Assembly (NCBI RefSeq): GCF_006345805.1
Contig: NC_043017.1
Span: forward strand, 32,550,001-32,614,000
From: Octopus sinensis
Lineage: Eukaryota
Length of the DNA stretch: 64,000 bases
Reading direction: 5' to 3'
Shown here: piece by piece, positions 12,863 to 25,020 of the stretch
Layout of the letters: each line of letters opens with the position of its first letter
Position numbering within the stretch: the first letter of the stretch is position 1
Position numbers and translations under genes: made by a program
The notes under the pieces: generated by a model
Databases searched by the model: none
Told to the model about the DNA's origin: nothing
Seen by the model: the letters and a program-made list of their open reading frames with translations, nothing else

Positions 12863-12940
12863 GCGGCTGAAGAAGGCCATAGACACACATTATGCATTGT
12901 TATAAATCCGTCTAATAAAGGCCCGAAACATATGTACCGC
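12863..12940 (+). ncRNA. Type I hammerhead ribozyme motif in a Penelope-like 3' region
   Basis: gcgg CTGAAGA a-ggcc..tagac..gtcta..ggcc-c GAAA c-atat-g TA ccgc; palindromic stem III loop; A10.1-C11.1 mismatch. Confidence 0.7.
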
Positions 12941-13042
12941 TGAATCCTTAGCATCATGTTTTTATTTTGATTAATTTACTCCACCACCTACACCACCAAA
13001 TGGTATATACAGGTGCTTACAATTATCAAGTACTCACCCTGA

Positions 13043-13081
<39 letters not shown>

Positions 13082-13642
13082 TATATATATATATATAAAA
13101 GGAATTAAAATAATCCCTTTCTGTTTGCATAATCGTATCAATTCTTTTATGCAGAAGACAGAATCTAAAAAAAATTGTAAAATTTCGTAAAAATAAAAAA
13201 AAGTTATGATGAGTTTTAGCACATGCTTACATCATAATTCTGCCGAGTTTTGCTTCCACTAGTGAAAGCTATCTTTCAGAGAGCTCTATACCCATTTAAC
13301 TTTATGTGGCATTTGCTGTTAATTTATGTGCTGGCTATGTGGGGCGACAGAATAAGGAGGCTTTTGTTAGTTTATCTCTCCGAAAAAATAGCTCCCTTTG
13401 TAGTTGAATAAAATAAACTCGCAGAGGGGACATTTCAACGTCTTCCTTCAATTTCCTTACAGCATTTATGTAGCTGTTTCTGACAGAAAATTTCACGTTC
13501 ATGTAAAACAACTATATTTTGTAGTCAGGATCCGTAATCTACTCCCAAAACACTTCAGTACCTCTACTTTGCATCGCTTGCAAACTTATATGTTCTATGA
13601 TCATTAAGGTGCAACAACATCTACAATAACCAGCCTGGACAT

Positions 13643-13855
13643 TGTTGTAGAGCTGAAAACGAGGTGATTTCTACTCTTCTCCTCTGGAAGCCATCTGCTC
13701 ATGATATCAGAGGACGCACACTCTCTTACCCTGATGTAATCTCCAGGGATACAGACATCCAGCAACAGGACCTCCGTAATGCTATGATTGACCGTGAAGT
13801 CTGGCGTAACATAGTAAATCCCATTGTCTCGACCATGGTCGAACAATGATGACGA
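13643..13855 (+). mobile_element. RTE-type LINE, 5'-truncated 3' end
   Basis: HCCRAENEVISTLLLWKPSAHDIRGRTLSYPDVISRD...DREVWR then gatgac tail; same family as 16590-17545. Confidence 0.85.
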
Positions 13856-13882
13856 GCCTTCAATTTGATTTTCCGTTCTTAG

Positions 13883-13967
13883 GTTAATCGGAAACATACC
13901 TCCTCGAAAGTTCAATTATTTGGTGAAAAAAATACCACCGAAACAGCTTAAATCATACAAAGGACCA
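13883..13967 (+). CDS. Candidate internal coding exon (phase 2 in, phase 0 out): LIGNIPPRKFNYLVKKIPPKQLKSYKGP
   Basis: Acceptor ttttccgttcttag, donor gtacgt, 85-bp open frame in non-repetitive sequence; joins in frame to 23675. Confidence 0.55.
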
Positions 13968-14321
13968 GTACGTTTGCTAGTATATATATATAAATAATTT
14001 ATATATATATATTTATAATAAGAGTAGATCGTATACGAGTGGGTATATATTTGTAAAAAAGAAGTTTGAAAACGCCACTATATTAGATAAATTTTAATTT
14101 TCTTATGAATTTTAAATGTTTCGGTTCTTGAAAAAACGAACCTTATCAAAAATATTATAAAAAGTGCAATCGAAAAGTTCATAATTGTTTCTTACTGGTC
14201 TCAATAGAATCCATATGGTGGTGTTTTGTCGGTAGTTGGTATAATCGCTATATTATAGTTGAGTGTAGTAAAGAAGTTTATTATTGTTTCTTGCTGGTAT
14301 CAAAAGGAACCGTCCTTGTGT

Positions 14322-14371
<50 letters not shown>

Positions 14372-14375
<4 letters not shown>

Positions 14376-14560
14376 AGAGTTTACGAAAAAACAAAAGACG
14401 AAGACAGGTGGTGTACAAAACAAACAGATGTATTAGTATAACGCGCTCAGGAATAGAAAAAGTCTTTTACGTTTCGAGCCTACGCTCTTCTACAGAAAGG
14501 GATACAGAAAAAAACGCGGAAAGAAACAAGGAGAGAAAAAATCTGTGTAGTGGCTAACGA
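14372..14560 (-). mobile_element. Penelope-type terminal fragment with a core-mutated hammerhead (14461-14500)
   Basis: cttt CTGTAGA a-gagc-gtag-gctc GAAA cg TA aaag; A6>U core change; follows (TA)n; related to 36638-36992. Confidence 0.6.
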
Positions 14561-15086
14561 TCTATATGCACACACACACACACACATATGAAGAGAGGGT
14601 AAGAGGGAGAGGATATACTGTTAGATTTAAATGTCATTTCAAAATATTATGTAAGCAGTATTTTCTTTACTTGGAAATATCTTTATAATCCCATTAAGCA
14701 AAAAGAAAAATTTATGTAAAATTTTATTTTGCATACATTCATAGTTTTATTTTAAACTTGAATTCAAATCAAGATATGGAAATATTGCTATAAAATAAAA
14801 TGGTATAATTTTCTATTTCATCATTTTTTCCTTTTTTGTTTCTACATAAAGATTCTTCTGCTTTTTCAAGAATTTACCTTTTGCATGTTAAAATAATGCT
14901 TTCAAGAGCTAGTACATGCTTTGCATTTGTACACCGAAAATATATTATTAAGATGGAATAGCTAATGAATAAAGACATAAGGAGAAGTAAAATAATTTTG
15001 ATGTATTCCCTACGGATGAGTGTTATAATTTTCTTTTTGCTATTCTCGTCACAAGAAAATTGGTTGAATTTGCAGAACAACTACAA

Positions 15087-15272
15087 TCATCATCATCATC
15101 GTTTAACGTCCGTTTTCCATGCTAGCACGGGTTGGACGGTTCGACCGGGGTCTGGGAAGCCAGGAGGCTGCACCAGGCTCCAGTCTAATCTGGCAGAGTT
15201 TCTACAGCTGGATGCCCTTCCTAACGCCAACCACTCCGTCAGTGTAGTGGGTGCTTTTTACGTGCCACCGTT
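15087..15272 (-). mobile_element. SINE family D
   Basis: catcatcatcgtttaacgtccgttttccatgctagc...ggatgcccttcctaacgccaaccactcc. Confidence 0.85.
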
Positions 15273-15329
15273 AGCCTTGTACCATTATGTTCTAAGTTCA
15301 AATCCTGTCGATGCCACCTTTAATTTTTA

Positions 15330-15770
15330 TCTTTCTTTTATTCTTTTACTTGCTTTAGTCATTTGACTGTGGCCATACTGGAGCACTGTCTTGGAGGGTT
15401 TTAGTTGAACAAATCAACCTCAGGACTTATTTTTAAAGCTTAGTACTTATTCTATTCGTCTCTTTTGCTGAACTGCTAAGTTATGCAGGGACTAAATTCA
15501 TCACCACCGGTTGCCAAGTGGTTATGGGGGGGGTGACAAACACACACGCACACACACACACACATACACACACGCACACACACACACATGCATACACACA
15601 CACATTTATATATGACAGTCTTCTTTCAGTTTCCATCTACCAAATCCACTCACAAGAATTTAGTAAACTTGGGGCTATAGTAGAACACAATTGCCCATGG
15701 TGCTATGCAGTGGAACTGAACCCAGAACCATGTGGTTTGGAAGCAAGCTGCCTACTACACAGCCACACCT
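15330..15770 (-). mobile_element. SINE family A, decayed
   Basis: Family A tail, middle microsatellite and head, all diverged. Confidence 0.8.
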
Positions 15771-15792
15771 GTGCCTTTCCAACATCAATAAA

Positions 15793-16174
15793 AGGTATCA
15801 AATTCATGACCTTATGATCTTCAGCTGAATGCCCTACCCACTAAGCCTTCCCATAAGGGCACAACACCCACCAGGTATCAAATTCATGACTTTATGATCT
15901 TCAGCTGAATTCCCTACCCATTAAGCCTTCCCATAATGGCACAACACCATCAGGTATCAAATTCCCGACCTTATGATCTCCAGCTGAATGCCCTACCCAC
16001 TAAGCCATCCCATAAGGGCACAACACCCACCAGGTATCAAATCCAGGACCTTAGGACCTTCAGCTAAATGCCCTACCCACTAAGACTTCCCATAATGGCA
16101 CAACACCCACCAGGTATCAAATTCCCGACCTTATGATCTTCAGCTGAATGCCCTACCCACTAAGCCTTCCCATA
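15793..16174 (-). repeat. Tandem array of ~80-bp tRNA-like units (4 full + 1 partial)
   Basis: aggtatcaaat recurs at 15793, 15873, 15952, 16032, 16112; minus strand reads ggcttagtgggtagggc-attcagCTGAAGAtcataaggtc-gggaatttgatacc. Confidence 0.9.
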
Positions 16175-16589
16175 TAATGTCTATATCTCCAAGCAGCCAC
16201 CCATGACAAATGATTCTCGTCTACTAAAACTTATGCCTGTGCATTTACGCATCAAATACTTACATGAGAGGGGTCTCAGTATTTAGTGTTCCAAGACATT
16301 CATGTTCAGTTGGATGCAAAGATTACTTTTTGATAAACTACATAGAATTCTAGTCAGAACAAATCTTCTAAGATGGATGGAGAAATTCACTTATCTGGCA
16401 TAACAAATGACAAAATCAAAAGCAAGTCGAGGTTTTTGGTTTTTAAAAAAAATATTTACGACTTGTAAAACATTATTTTTAGAAGTGAAGATATTTGCCA
16501 GAATATATTATATGAGGCAGGACAGTGTTATGTGTTAAGATTCCAGACAAAGACAGCGTAGCAGAAAGACATTGCCGAAAGTTAAAAAT

Positions 16590-17545
16590 CATCATCATCA
16601 TTGTTTGACCGTGGTCGAGACAATGGAATTTACCATGCTATGCCAGACTTCATGGTCCATCATGGCATTACAGAGGTCCTGTTGCTGGATGCCTGTATCC
16701 CTGGAGATTACATCAGGGTAGGAGAGTGTGTGCCCTCTGGTATCGTAACCGTGGTCGAGACAATGGAATTTACCATGCTACGCCAGACTTCACGGTCCAT
16801 CATGGCATTACGGAGGTCCTGTTGCTGGATGCCTGTATCCCTGGAGATTACATCAGGGTAGGAGAGTGTGTGCCCTCTGGTATCGTAACCGTGGTCGAGA
16901 CAATGGAATTTACCATGCTACGCCAGACTTCACGGTCCATCATGGCATTACGGAGGTCCTGTTGCTGGATGCCTGTATCCCTGGAGATTACATCAGGGTA
17001 GGAGAGTGTGTGCCCTCTGGTATCGTGAGCAGATGGCTTCCAGAGGAGAAGAGTAGAAATTACCTCTTTTTCAGCTCTACAACAATGTCCAGCAAACTGG
17101 ACTCTTCTACCTTTCACAAGAGATGACACAGGTGGTAGTTTCCCATATATTTTCATTTTGGTTGGATGGCGCTTCCACGAGAGATTTTGAGCTCTCATAA
17201 GGAGGCGAGAGTAGGTTCCATCCAACCGCCTCTCAAGCTTCTTTGATAACGCCCAGGTTTCTGAGCCATATAGTAGAATTAGTTTGACTGTGGCTTTGAA
17301 GATTTTAAGTTTTAAATCTCAACAACCCTGCAACCTATGGCTCTGAGATGACACAGGTGGTAGTTTCCCATATATTTGTATTTTCGTTGGATGGCGCTTC
17401 CACGAGAGATGTTGAACTCTCATAAGGAGGCGAGTGTAGGTTCCATCCAACCGCCTCTCAAGCTTCTTTGATAACGTCCAGGTTTTCTGAGCCATATAGT
17501 AGAATTGGTTCGACTGTAGCTTTGAAGATTTCAAGTTTGAAGTCT
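16590..17545 (-). mobile_element. RTE-type LINE 3' portion with internal duplications
   Basis: ORF 16848-17225 (RRVQFAGHCCR...DREVWR), (gat)n tail at 16590; last 140 bp present three times; 17107-17320 duplicated at 17345-17545. Confidence 0.9.
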
Positions 17546-17805
17546 CTACTTAGATTTGATGACCAGATCTTATGCATGTTAAAAATAGATATTCAAATAT
17601 ACTTATGGATGACAGAATTGGATGAAATTGAAGGAAATAACTAGCCAGGCACTCTGATGTTAGTTATACAAAGCTAAATTCCATCTTTTGATACACTAAA
17701 ACTCTCTGTCTGAGTTCTCTTTCAACTCTATACTTTTAACTAAGTGGAGACAACTAAATAAATAAACAACACCTTAACACACAGATTTCGTTAATACTAA
17801 CATTA

Positions 17806-17972
17806 TAGGCACAGGAGTGGCTGTGTGGTAAGTAGCTTGCTCACCAACCACATGGTTCCGGGTTCAGTCCCACTGCGTGGCACCTTGGGTAAACGTCTTC
17901 TGCTATAGCCTCGGGCCGACCAATGCCTTGTGAGTGAATTTGGTAGACGGAAACTGAAAGAAGCCTGTCGTA

Positions 17973-18011
<39 letters not shown>

Positions 18012-18263
18012 ATATGTATGTGTGTGTATATGTTTGTGTGTCTGTGTTTGTCCCCCTAGCATTGCTTGACAACCGATGCTGGTGTGTTTACGTCCCCGTT
18101 ACTTAGCAGTTTGGCAAAAAAGAGACCGATAGAATAAGTACTGGGCTTACAAAGAATAAATCCCGGGGTCGATTTGCTCGACTGAAGGCGGTGCTCCAGC
18201 ATGGCCGCAGTCAAATGACTGAAACAAGTAAAAGAGAGAGAGAGAGAGAGAGAGAGTAAGAGT
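17806..18263 (+). mobile_element. SINE family A, full length
   Basis: Complete head, middle and tail. Confidence 0.95.
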
Positions 18264-18394
18264 AAATACAATAGAAGTCTTATGAAGCAAACTCTACTAC
18301 AGAACTAAAAGCAGTAAATTATGCGTTCATTATAAAGAAGATAACGAATGTGTGAATGGTTATTGCTTCCTCTTTATTTCTGCAACCCTGGTGT

Positions 18395-18690
18395 GGCCTA
18401 CTGGGTAGGGTAATTTCACTCAGGATTGAAAGGATGTGAGTTCAATTCCCAGTGATGTGTTGTATCCTTGAACAAGACACTTTATTTCATGTCCACTCAG
18501 CTGGCGAAAATGAGTGGTACCTGTATTTCAAAGGGTCAGCCTTGTCACATTCTGTGTTACACTAGATCTCCCCGAGAACTACATTAAGGGTACACGTGTC
18601 TGTGGAGTGCTCAGCCACTTGCACGTTAATTTCATGAGCCGCTGTTCCATCAACTGAACCAACTGGAACCCTTGTCATTATAACTGACCG
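18395..18690 (+). mobile_element. SINE family C, internally deleted
   Basis: gtacctgtatttcaaagggtcagccttgtcac...gtggagtgctcagccacttgcacgttaatttc matches 52070-52458. Confidence 0.75.
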
Positions 18691-18815
18691 AGGGCCAGAA
18701 ATTTTTAAAAGAGAAGCAGGGTTCATTTTTACCTTAGTCCAAGAAGAGAATCATCATCATAATCATCATCATCCTTTAACGTCCGTTTTCCATGCTGGTA
18801 TGGGTTGGATGATTT

Positions 18816-19050
18816 AGAAGGCGGCGAGCTCACAGAAACGTTATCATGCTGGGCGAAAGGCTTAGCGGTATTTCGTCTGCCGCTATGTTCGGAGTTCAAA
18901 TTTCGCTGAGGTCGACTTTGCCTTTCATCCTTTCGGGGTCGATAAATTAAGTACCAGTTACGTACTGGGGTCGATATAATCGACTTAATCCATTTGTCTG
19001 TCCTTGTTTGTCCTCTCTGTGTTTAGCCCCTTGTGGGTAGTAAAGAAATA
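18816..19050 (+). mobile_element. SINE family B with 19-bp TSD, inserted in a minus-strand SINE D (18750-19130)
   Basis: ggtatgggttggatgattt at 18797-18815 and 19051-19069. Confidence 0.93.
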
Positions 19051-20354
19051 GGTATGGGTTGGATGATTTCAGTATCTACTGAGTGCTTTTAATGTGGCAC
19101 CAGCATGAGCCTTTTTGTGTGGGCACCGGCACAAGGGCTTTTTACAGGGCACTGACACAGGACTCTTTGCTAGGCCAATCCTCTTTGCCAGGGGATGGGG
19201 TCTTGACTCTTCTGCTGTGGAGGTTGGATCTTCTTGAGTACAGGACAAAATTGCTGGAGCAATGGGTTAAATGTTTTCTTCATTTAATTATTCCCTTCCA
19301 TGTTCTGAGTTCAAATCTCAGGAAGACCAACTTGGTTTTTCAAGTATTTGGACCTATTTTATTGACTGCAGCTTTCTTTTAAAATTTTTCTGTAGAGGCC
19401 AGCTTTGACATCAGTTTTTAACAGGCACTGACAATCAAAATGAGATGATTTATTTTTTAGCCTAAAGGGTCTTTGAAATATTCTAGAATGCTTTAGAAAA
19501 CTTGAAAAAACTGTTGAATTCTTCCTCTATAAGGATTTTTGTTCAAGTAGTCGAAAGCAAAATGCCTTTTGATTCATATTTAATAAGACATTTTCTCATC
19601 ACTCAACTTACTCTTTTAGAGATTATTCTCAATTCTAACCAAAAGCAATTTCATTATTCTTTAATTCACACAATGTACATATAACCCTATTTCAATCCTA
19701 AATAAAGGGCTTTTGTTTGAGACCCACAACAAGCGTTTTGTGGTATCTCAAATCAAATTACATTTCTTTAAATGTCTTAGTGGAATTATAACTGAATAAA
19801 TTTCATCCTTAGAGGTCAGTTTTGATGAATTGACCTTCTTCTATCCTTGAAGATTGTGAAATGGCAGATTCATTTATGCTTCAAACAGTTTGCCTAACAA
19901 GATATTAATTACTTTCTTGTATCCTCTTAGTTGAAATTTAAGTTAAGTGGATGAATATTGTCTGTTAGCCTTTGTGGGGTTGATAAAATAAGTGTGTACG
20001 TGTGTGTACATGTACACATATGCATGTGTGCATAGGTGTGAATGGGCATGAAAAGTGAAGGAAGAATACAAACGAATATGATTGAGAGCAAGAGAGAGAG
20101 AGAAAACAGGCTTGAAGAATGTAAAGGGAAGCAAAATGTGTAGCCCTGTCTGAAGGTAAAAGACTTACAGACCCAAATTAAAAGAAAATTAGGAAGACCA
20201 AGGATTCTGGAAAACGGGTTATGACAAAGAAATGAATAACTCAATGACATATTTGTAAATGAGGGAACTTGCATACCATATAAGAAAGCATGGAAGTAAT
20301 TTTACAGACATCATAAGTGTGAGTACCTCCCACTTATAGGGATTTTTGTTCAAG

Positions 20355-20762
20355 ATTTTGGCATCGAGAGTTACACAAATACTAGAACTGGGCACCACTG
20401 CATAGTGCCAAGGACTCCAAATTTGCCATCAAGATGTAGGATAAGATACTGTGATAGCCTGGGTTTTAGAGGCCCACAGCTCTTCAATATCCTCCCCAAG
20501 AACCTGTGAGACCTGCATGGGGTGGATGCAGATGTCTTTAAAATAAAACTGGATCTCTTCCTGTCAGGTGTCCCAGACGGAACCAACTTCACAGCAGGAG
20601 GTGCAGATGAGGGCAGCTGCATTGAACTCTCTCATGCACCAAATGGCAATTGCTAAAAAGCATCCATGAAGTAAAATCATGTAGCAACACCAAATGGTGG
20701 TGCCCCAGCATGGCCACAGCTCGTGAGCTGAAACTAGATAAAATAAAATAAAATTTTAAAAA
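20355..20762 (+). mobile_element. CR1-like LINE 3' end
   Basis: SLGFRGPQLFNILPKNL*DLHGVDADVFKIKLDLFLSGVPD; tail ggtggtgccccagcatggccacag...ctgaaactagataaaataaaa. Confidence 0.85.
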
Positions 20763-21231
20763 AAAGTAGTTTGAAGCAAAATGCTTTTTGATTCATATTT
20801 AATAAGACATTTTCTCATCTCTCAGCTTTCTCTTTTAGAGATTACTTTCATTATAACCAAAGGCAATTTCATAATTCTTTAATTCACACAATGTACATAT
20901 AACCCTATTTTAATCCTTAAATAGAGGGCTTTTGTTTGAGACCCACAACAAGCGTTTTGTGATATCTCAAGTCAAATTAAATTTTTTTTAAATGCCAAGG
21001 GATTTCTTCCCAATGTTATTGGATTTTTTTTCCATACCTAGGGCACCTGTGTGTAAACTACTTAAAGGATAAAATTATGTTGTCATGTTGTGTGCTTTGT
21101 GAGGAATATGGAGAATCTTGGTCGGTAATGGTGATCATATAATACACACATAAGCAATGGCAAGCCATAAGTTACATGCAATGGTCTTTGAATAAAATCC
21201 CCCTACAATTTTGCATAAAACTAAAATTTTG

Positions 21232-21490
21232 TCTGGTCCCCGTGCCAGTGGCATGTAAAAAGCACCATCTGATCGTGGCCATTTGCCAGCCTCGTCTGGC
21301 ACCTGTGCCGGTGGCATGTAAGAAGCACCCACTACACTCTCGGAGTGGTTGGCATTAGGAAGGGTATCCAGCTGTAGAAACACTGCCAGATCAGACTGGG
21401 CCTGGTGCAGCCTTCTGGCTTCCCAGACCCCAGTTGAGCCGTCCAACCCATGCTAGCATGGAAAGCGGGCGTTAAATGATGATGATGACT
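21232..21490 (+). mobile_element. SINE family D
   Basis: gtgccagtggcatgtaaaaagcacc...ggcattaggaagggtatccagctgtagaaac...(gat)n. Confidence 0.85.
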
Positions 21491-22798
21491 TCAATATCAC
21501 AAAAACGGAAAAATACAGGAATTGAAATTTTGACACTGGTTTACAGCGGATCTTTAACATTGGTCTAGAAGAAGAGTTTCACTCAGCCACTGTGTGAGCT
21601 TTTGGGGTCAAGGTGGAAAAAAGCATATTTGTTACATAGTGTAGTCAGTGCAGAAGAGTCAAAGCTCTGAGGATTGAAGTAGAAGAGGATTCTGGTTTGT
21701 GATTTGTAATAGATGGCCTTCTTTGAATTTGACCAGGGAATGTTTAAGCTTGAAAGTCAAAACTGTTCATGAATAATATAAGCTTATTTGATAATGATGG
21801 TCAAAGATAATTGACCCTTGCAAATAATATTACTATGTTTGGTAATGTTGACCAGAATTAAGTTTGGCTATATCCCTAAACTATTGGCACTTTTACCAGT
21901 CAATCAACTTTGACATTCGCTTTTGATAGTAACTGCCAGACAAAATGTGAAGAGGAATTTTTCTGCTTGAAGGTTCCTTCAAATGCCTGAACATTACTGT
22001 TTCAAGTTCTAGGACTTGTAGCAAGACCAATTTCTATTACGGCATATTGAAGATGATTAGCCTTTCATAGGCTCAGCATGTTAATCTGTAATGATTAGTT
22101 GTCTTCCCTATCATGAGCTTTGAACATTGGTTCAGTTCTGTGCTTTGATTGGTTGAGCATTGCATGAGATATGGATCAAAGATCTAATCACACTGTGCCT
22201 AATACATTCTCAAACAACTAATCTGAATGTGTCTTGGAGCCTGTGCTCCTTCTATAAATGAGACTAACAAATTATCTCTAAGCAGAGGTGTGGGGTAAAC
22301 GATTTTCCTGAAGGCAAGTAATGTTATTTTACTGCCGTTATTCACCAGAACAAAATTAATATAATGGAGCACGTGTAACTAACGACAGTCTGAGCTGAAT
22401 TATCCAAATGATGGATGAACTATACAACCTCCAGAATTTGTGAAGTGTTAATGTTGTCAACAGAGGAATAAAGTCATGCTCTTATTTTTAAAGTTTGTTT
22501 CTTGTACCATTTCCGTGAGTATATAATATAATGGTATGCAAGATTCTGTAGTAAACCAAGAGAGAGTCTAGACTACCCTGTTAAAGACTCATAGAATCAG
22601 TTACCTAGTTTTCATAGTGTATAAGTCACCAAGATCATAACATTCCCCTGGATAGGATGCCAGTCCATTGCAGGATTACTCATTTATGGCTGAGTAGACT
22701 GAAGCAATGCGAAATTAAGTGTTGTGCTCAAGAACACAACATACCATTCTGTCTGGGAATCAAAACCATGATTGTGCTTTCAGTATGATTATAATTAA

Positions 22799-23390
22799 CC
22801 CTTTCAAATTTAAACCTGCCATATCCAAGTAGCTTGCTTACCAACCACATGGTTCCGGGTTCAGTCCCACTGCATGGCATCTTGGGCAAGTGTCTTCTGC
22901 TATAGCCTCGGGCCGACCAATGTCTTGTGAGTGGATTTGGTAGACGGAAACTGAAAGAAGCCTGTCGTGTACATGTATATATATATATGTGTGTGTGTGT
23001 TTGTGTTTGTCCCCCTAGCATTGCTTGACAACCGATGCTGGTGTGTTTACGTCCCCATCAAAAGAGACCGATAGAATAAGTACTGGGCTTACAAAGAATA
23101 AGTCCCGGGGTCGAGTTGCTCGACTAAAGGCAGTGCTCCAGCATGGCCGCAGTCAAATGACTGAAACAAGTATAGAATAAAAGAGTATATCCGGCCCAAA
23201 TATTCTACATATTTTATGTTCAAACCCGTCGGATCTGACCTCTCACACCAACCCTACTATATCATTCTAAAAAATAACCGTTACCTCATCAAAATATCAG
23301 ATGTACAAAATAATGCAGAACTAATTTTAAAAAAATGCGAATAACTAAGCATCACAATTGACAAAATAATGTAAATGCTAACGAACTAAT
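22799..23390. mobile_element. TTAA-type (piggyBac-like) MITE carrying a 5'-truncated SINE A (22827-23186)
   Basis: Starts ttaacccttt; interior matches the MITE at 44133-44353; SINE flanked by atatcc repeats. Confidence 0.7.
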
Positions 23391-23674
23391 TCAAATTTCT
23401 CGGTTCACTACATTAAATATGTTATTCACTAATCTCAACTTCTACATGTTAAGCCACTCTAGCTGTCCTAGCAGATGATGGTGCAGTTAATATTCCTCTC
23501 TAGAGCTGACAATTATATTTACAATCTTTTAGTGAAAAATATTACTTCTGCACAAAACTTTTTTTTCTGTTCCTGTTGTTTTTCTTGTATTATTTCTTTT
23601 TTTCTTTGATTAGTAATTTTGCAATTTTCTTTTTGTTTTAAAAGGTGCTGACCTCTCCTTAATAATTTTTGCAG

Positions 23675-23798
23675 CTTTGTATGGTGTGCTGCAACAATGA
23701 ATCAACTACTGCGATGACGGTTAGATTTCTTTCGAAAGATTTCACTTGGCAAGGTCCACTCTGTGACATCTTTTATGAAGAAAACAATGAAAGTTTCG
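23675..23798 (+). CDS. Candidate internal coding exon (phase 0 in, phase 1 out): LCMVCCNNESTTAMTVRFLSKDFTWQGPLCDIFYEENNESF
   Basis: Acceptor aataatttttgcag, donor gtaagg, 124-bp open frame with protein-like composition; product not recognised. Confidence 0.65.
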
Positions 23799-24519
23799 GT
23801 AAGGAAGACCATTCACAAAGCGCCATTTAATTGGTGAAACCATTCTCGATCAGCCGCTAATTAACCAGTCACTCTGCAGCTAAAAAAGATGAGTTGGCTG
23901 AAATATTTATTTCTCTATAACAATTTTTAAAGAAATTTTTTTTTTTTCTACTTCTAAATTAAAAATATTAAAAATTCCCTTTAGTGGTTTGCCTTGCAGG
24001 GACATTTGGTTGTTGTTTATTTTCTTATAGTGTTATGGTTATTGAAAATGTTATTACGACTAAATTGAAAGATGAGGAGGAGGAGGAGGGGGAGGAGGGC
24101 ACTGGATCAATAACTGCAGCCTATTATGATATTCATCAACCATGAAGTGCTGCTAATGGTGAATGATAACTCCCTACAATAGCTGTTAATAACCAATCAA
24201 CCCAAGGATCTTCTATGTGGTCATTAGTCTTGCTAGAAATACAAACCCAGATCTCCCTCAAGTCATACTCTACAATATCAAAAAGGAAGGACATATTAAA
24301 TAATGGAGTCCTTTCATTTCCATTCCCTTCCGTGCAGCACAGTCGGCTATCCTTGGCTAGTTCAGTTCTGTATATCAGATCTTCTGGGAGAAAGGGTTAC
24401 TAGCCCTTAAACTGAATTAACCTTTATCATTTTCCCATTTCTAGCGAAAGGGATGTTTTAGTGGTCTCCCACAATCCTTCTCATGATATTATGTTGTCAG
24501 TCATGAAGAGAGATAGAGA

Positions 24520-24576
24520 AAGAGACAAAGAGAAAGAGAGATGGATAGAGAGACAGAGAGAAAGATAGATAAAGAG

Positions 24577-24611
<35 letters not shown>

Positions 24612-24724
24612 GAGATAAAGAGAGAAAGAGAGAGAAAGAGAGAAAAAGAGAGAGAAAGAGAGAAAGAGAGAAAGAGAGATAAAGAGAGAAAGAGAGAGAA
24701 AGAGAGAGAAAGAGAGATAAAGAG

Positions 24725-24759
<35 letters not shown>

Positions 24760-24798
24760 GAGATAAAGAGAGAGAAAAAGAGAAAGAGAGATAAAGAG

Positions 24799-24833
<35 letters not shown>

Positions 24834-24836
24834 GAT

Positions 24837-24907
<71 letters not shown>

Positions 24908-25020
24908 GGGAAAGAGAGAGAAAGAAAGAGAAAAGAGAGAAAAATAGAGTAAGAGAGAGAAAGAGAGTAAGAGAGAGAAAGAGAGAAAGAGAGATAAAGA
25001 GATATACAGGCAGAGAGAAA
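24520..25020. repeat. ~500-bp polypurine (GA/GAAA/GATA) tract
   Basis: Almost pure A/G on the + strand. Confidence 0.95.

Noticed and set aside
14105-14160. Minus-strand UUGAUAA...ggttc/gaacc...GAAA hammerhead-like variant
   Set aside because: Stem II is good, but stem III does not pair and stem I is only A/T; too weak to call
21490-22700. 1.2 kb of apparently unique sequence examined for exons or RT motifs
   Set aside because: In the parts translated by eye I found no convincing splice-bounded frame or recognisable motif; left unannotated
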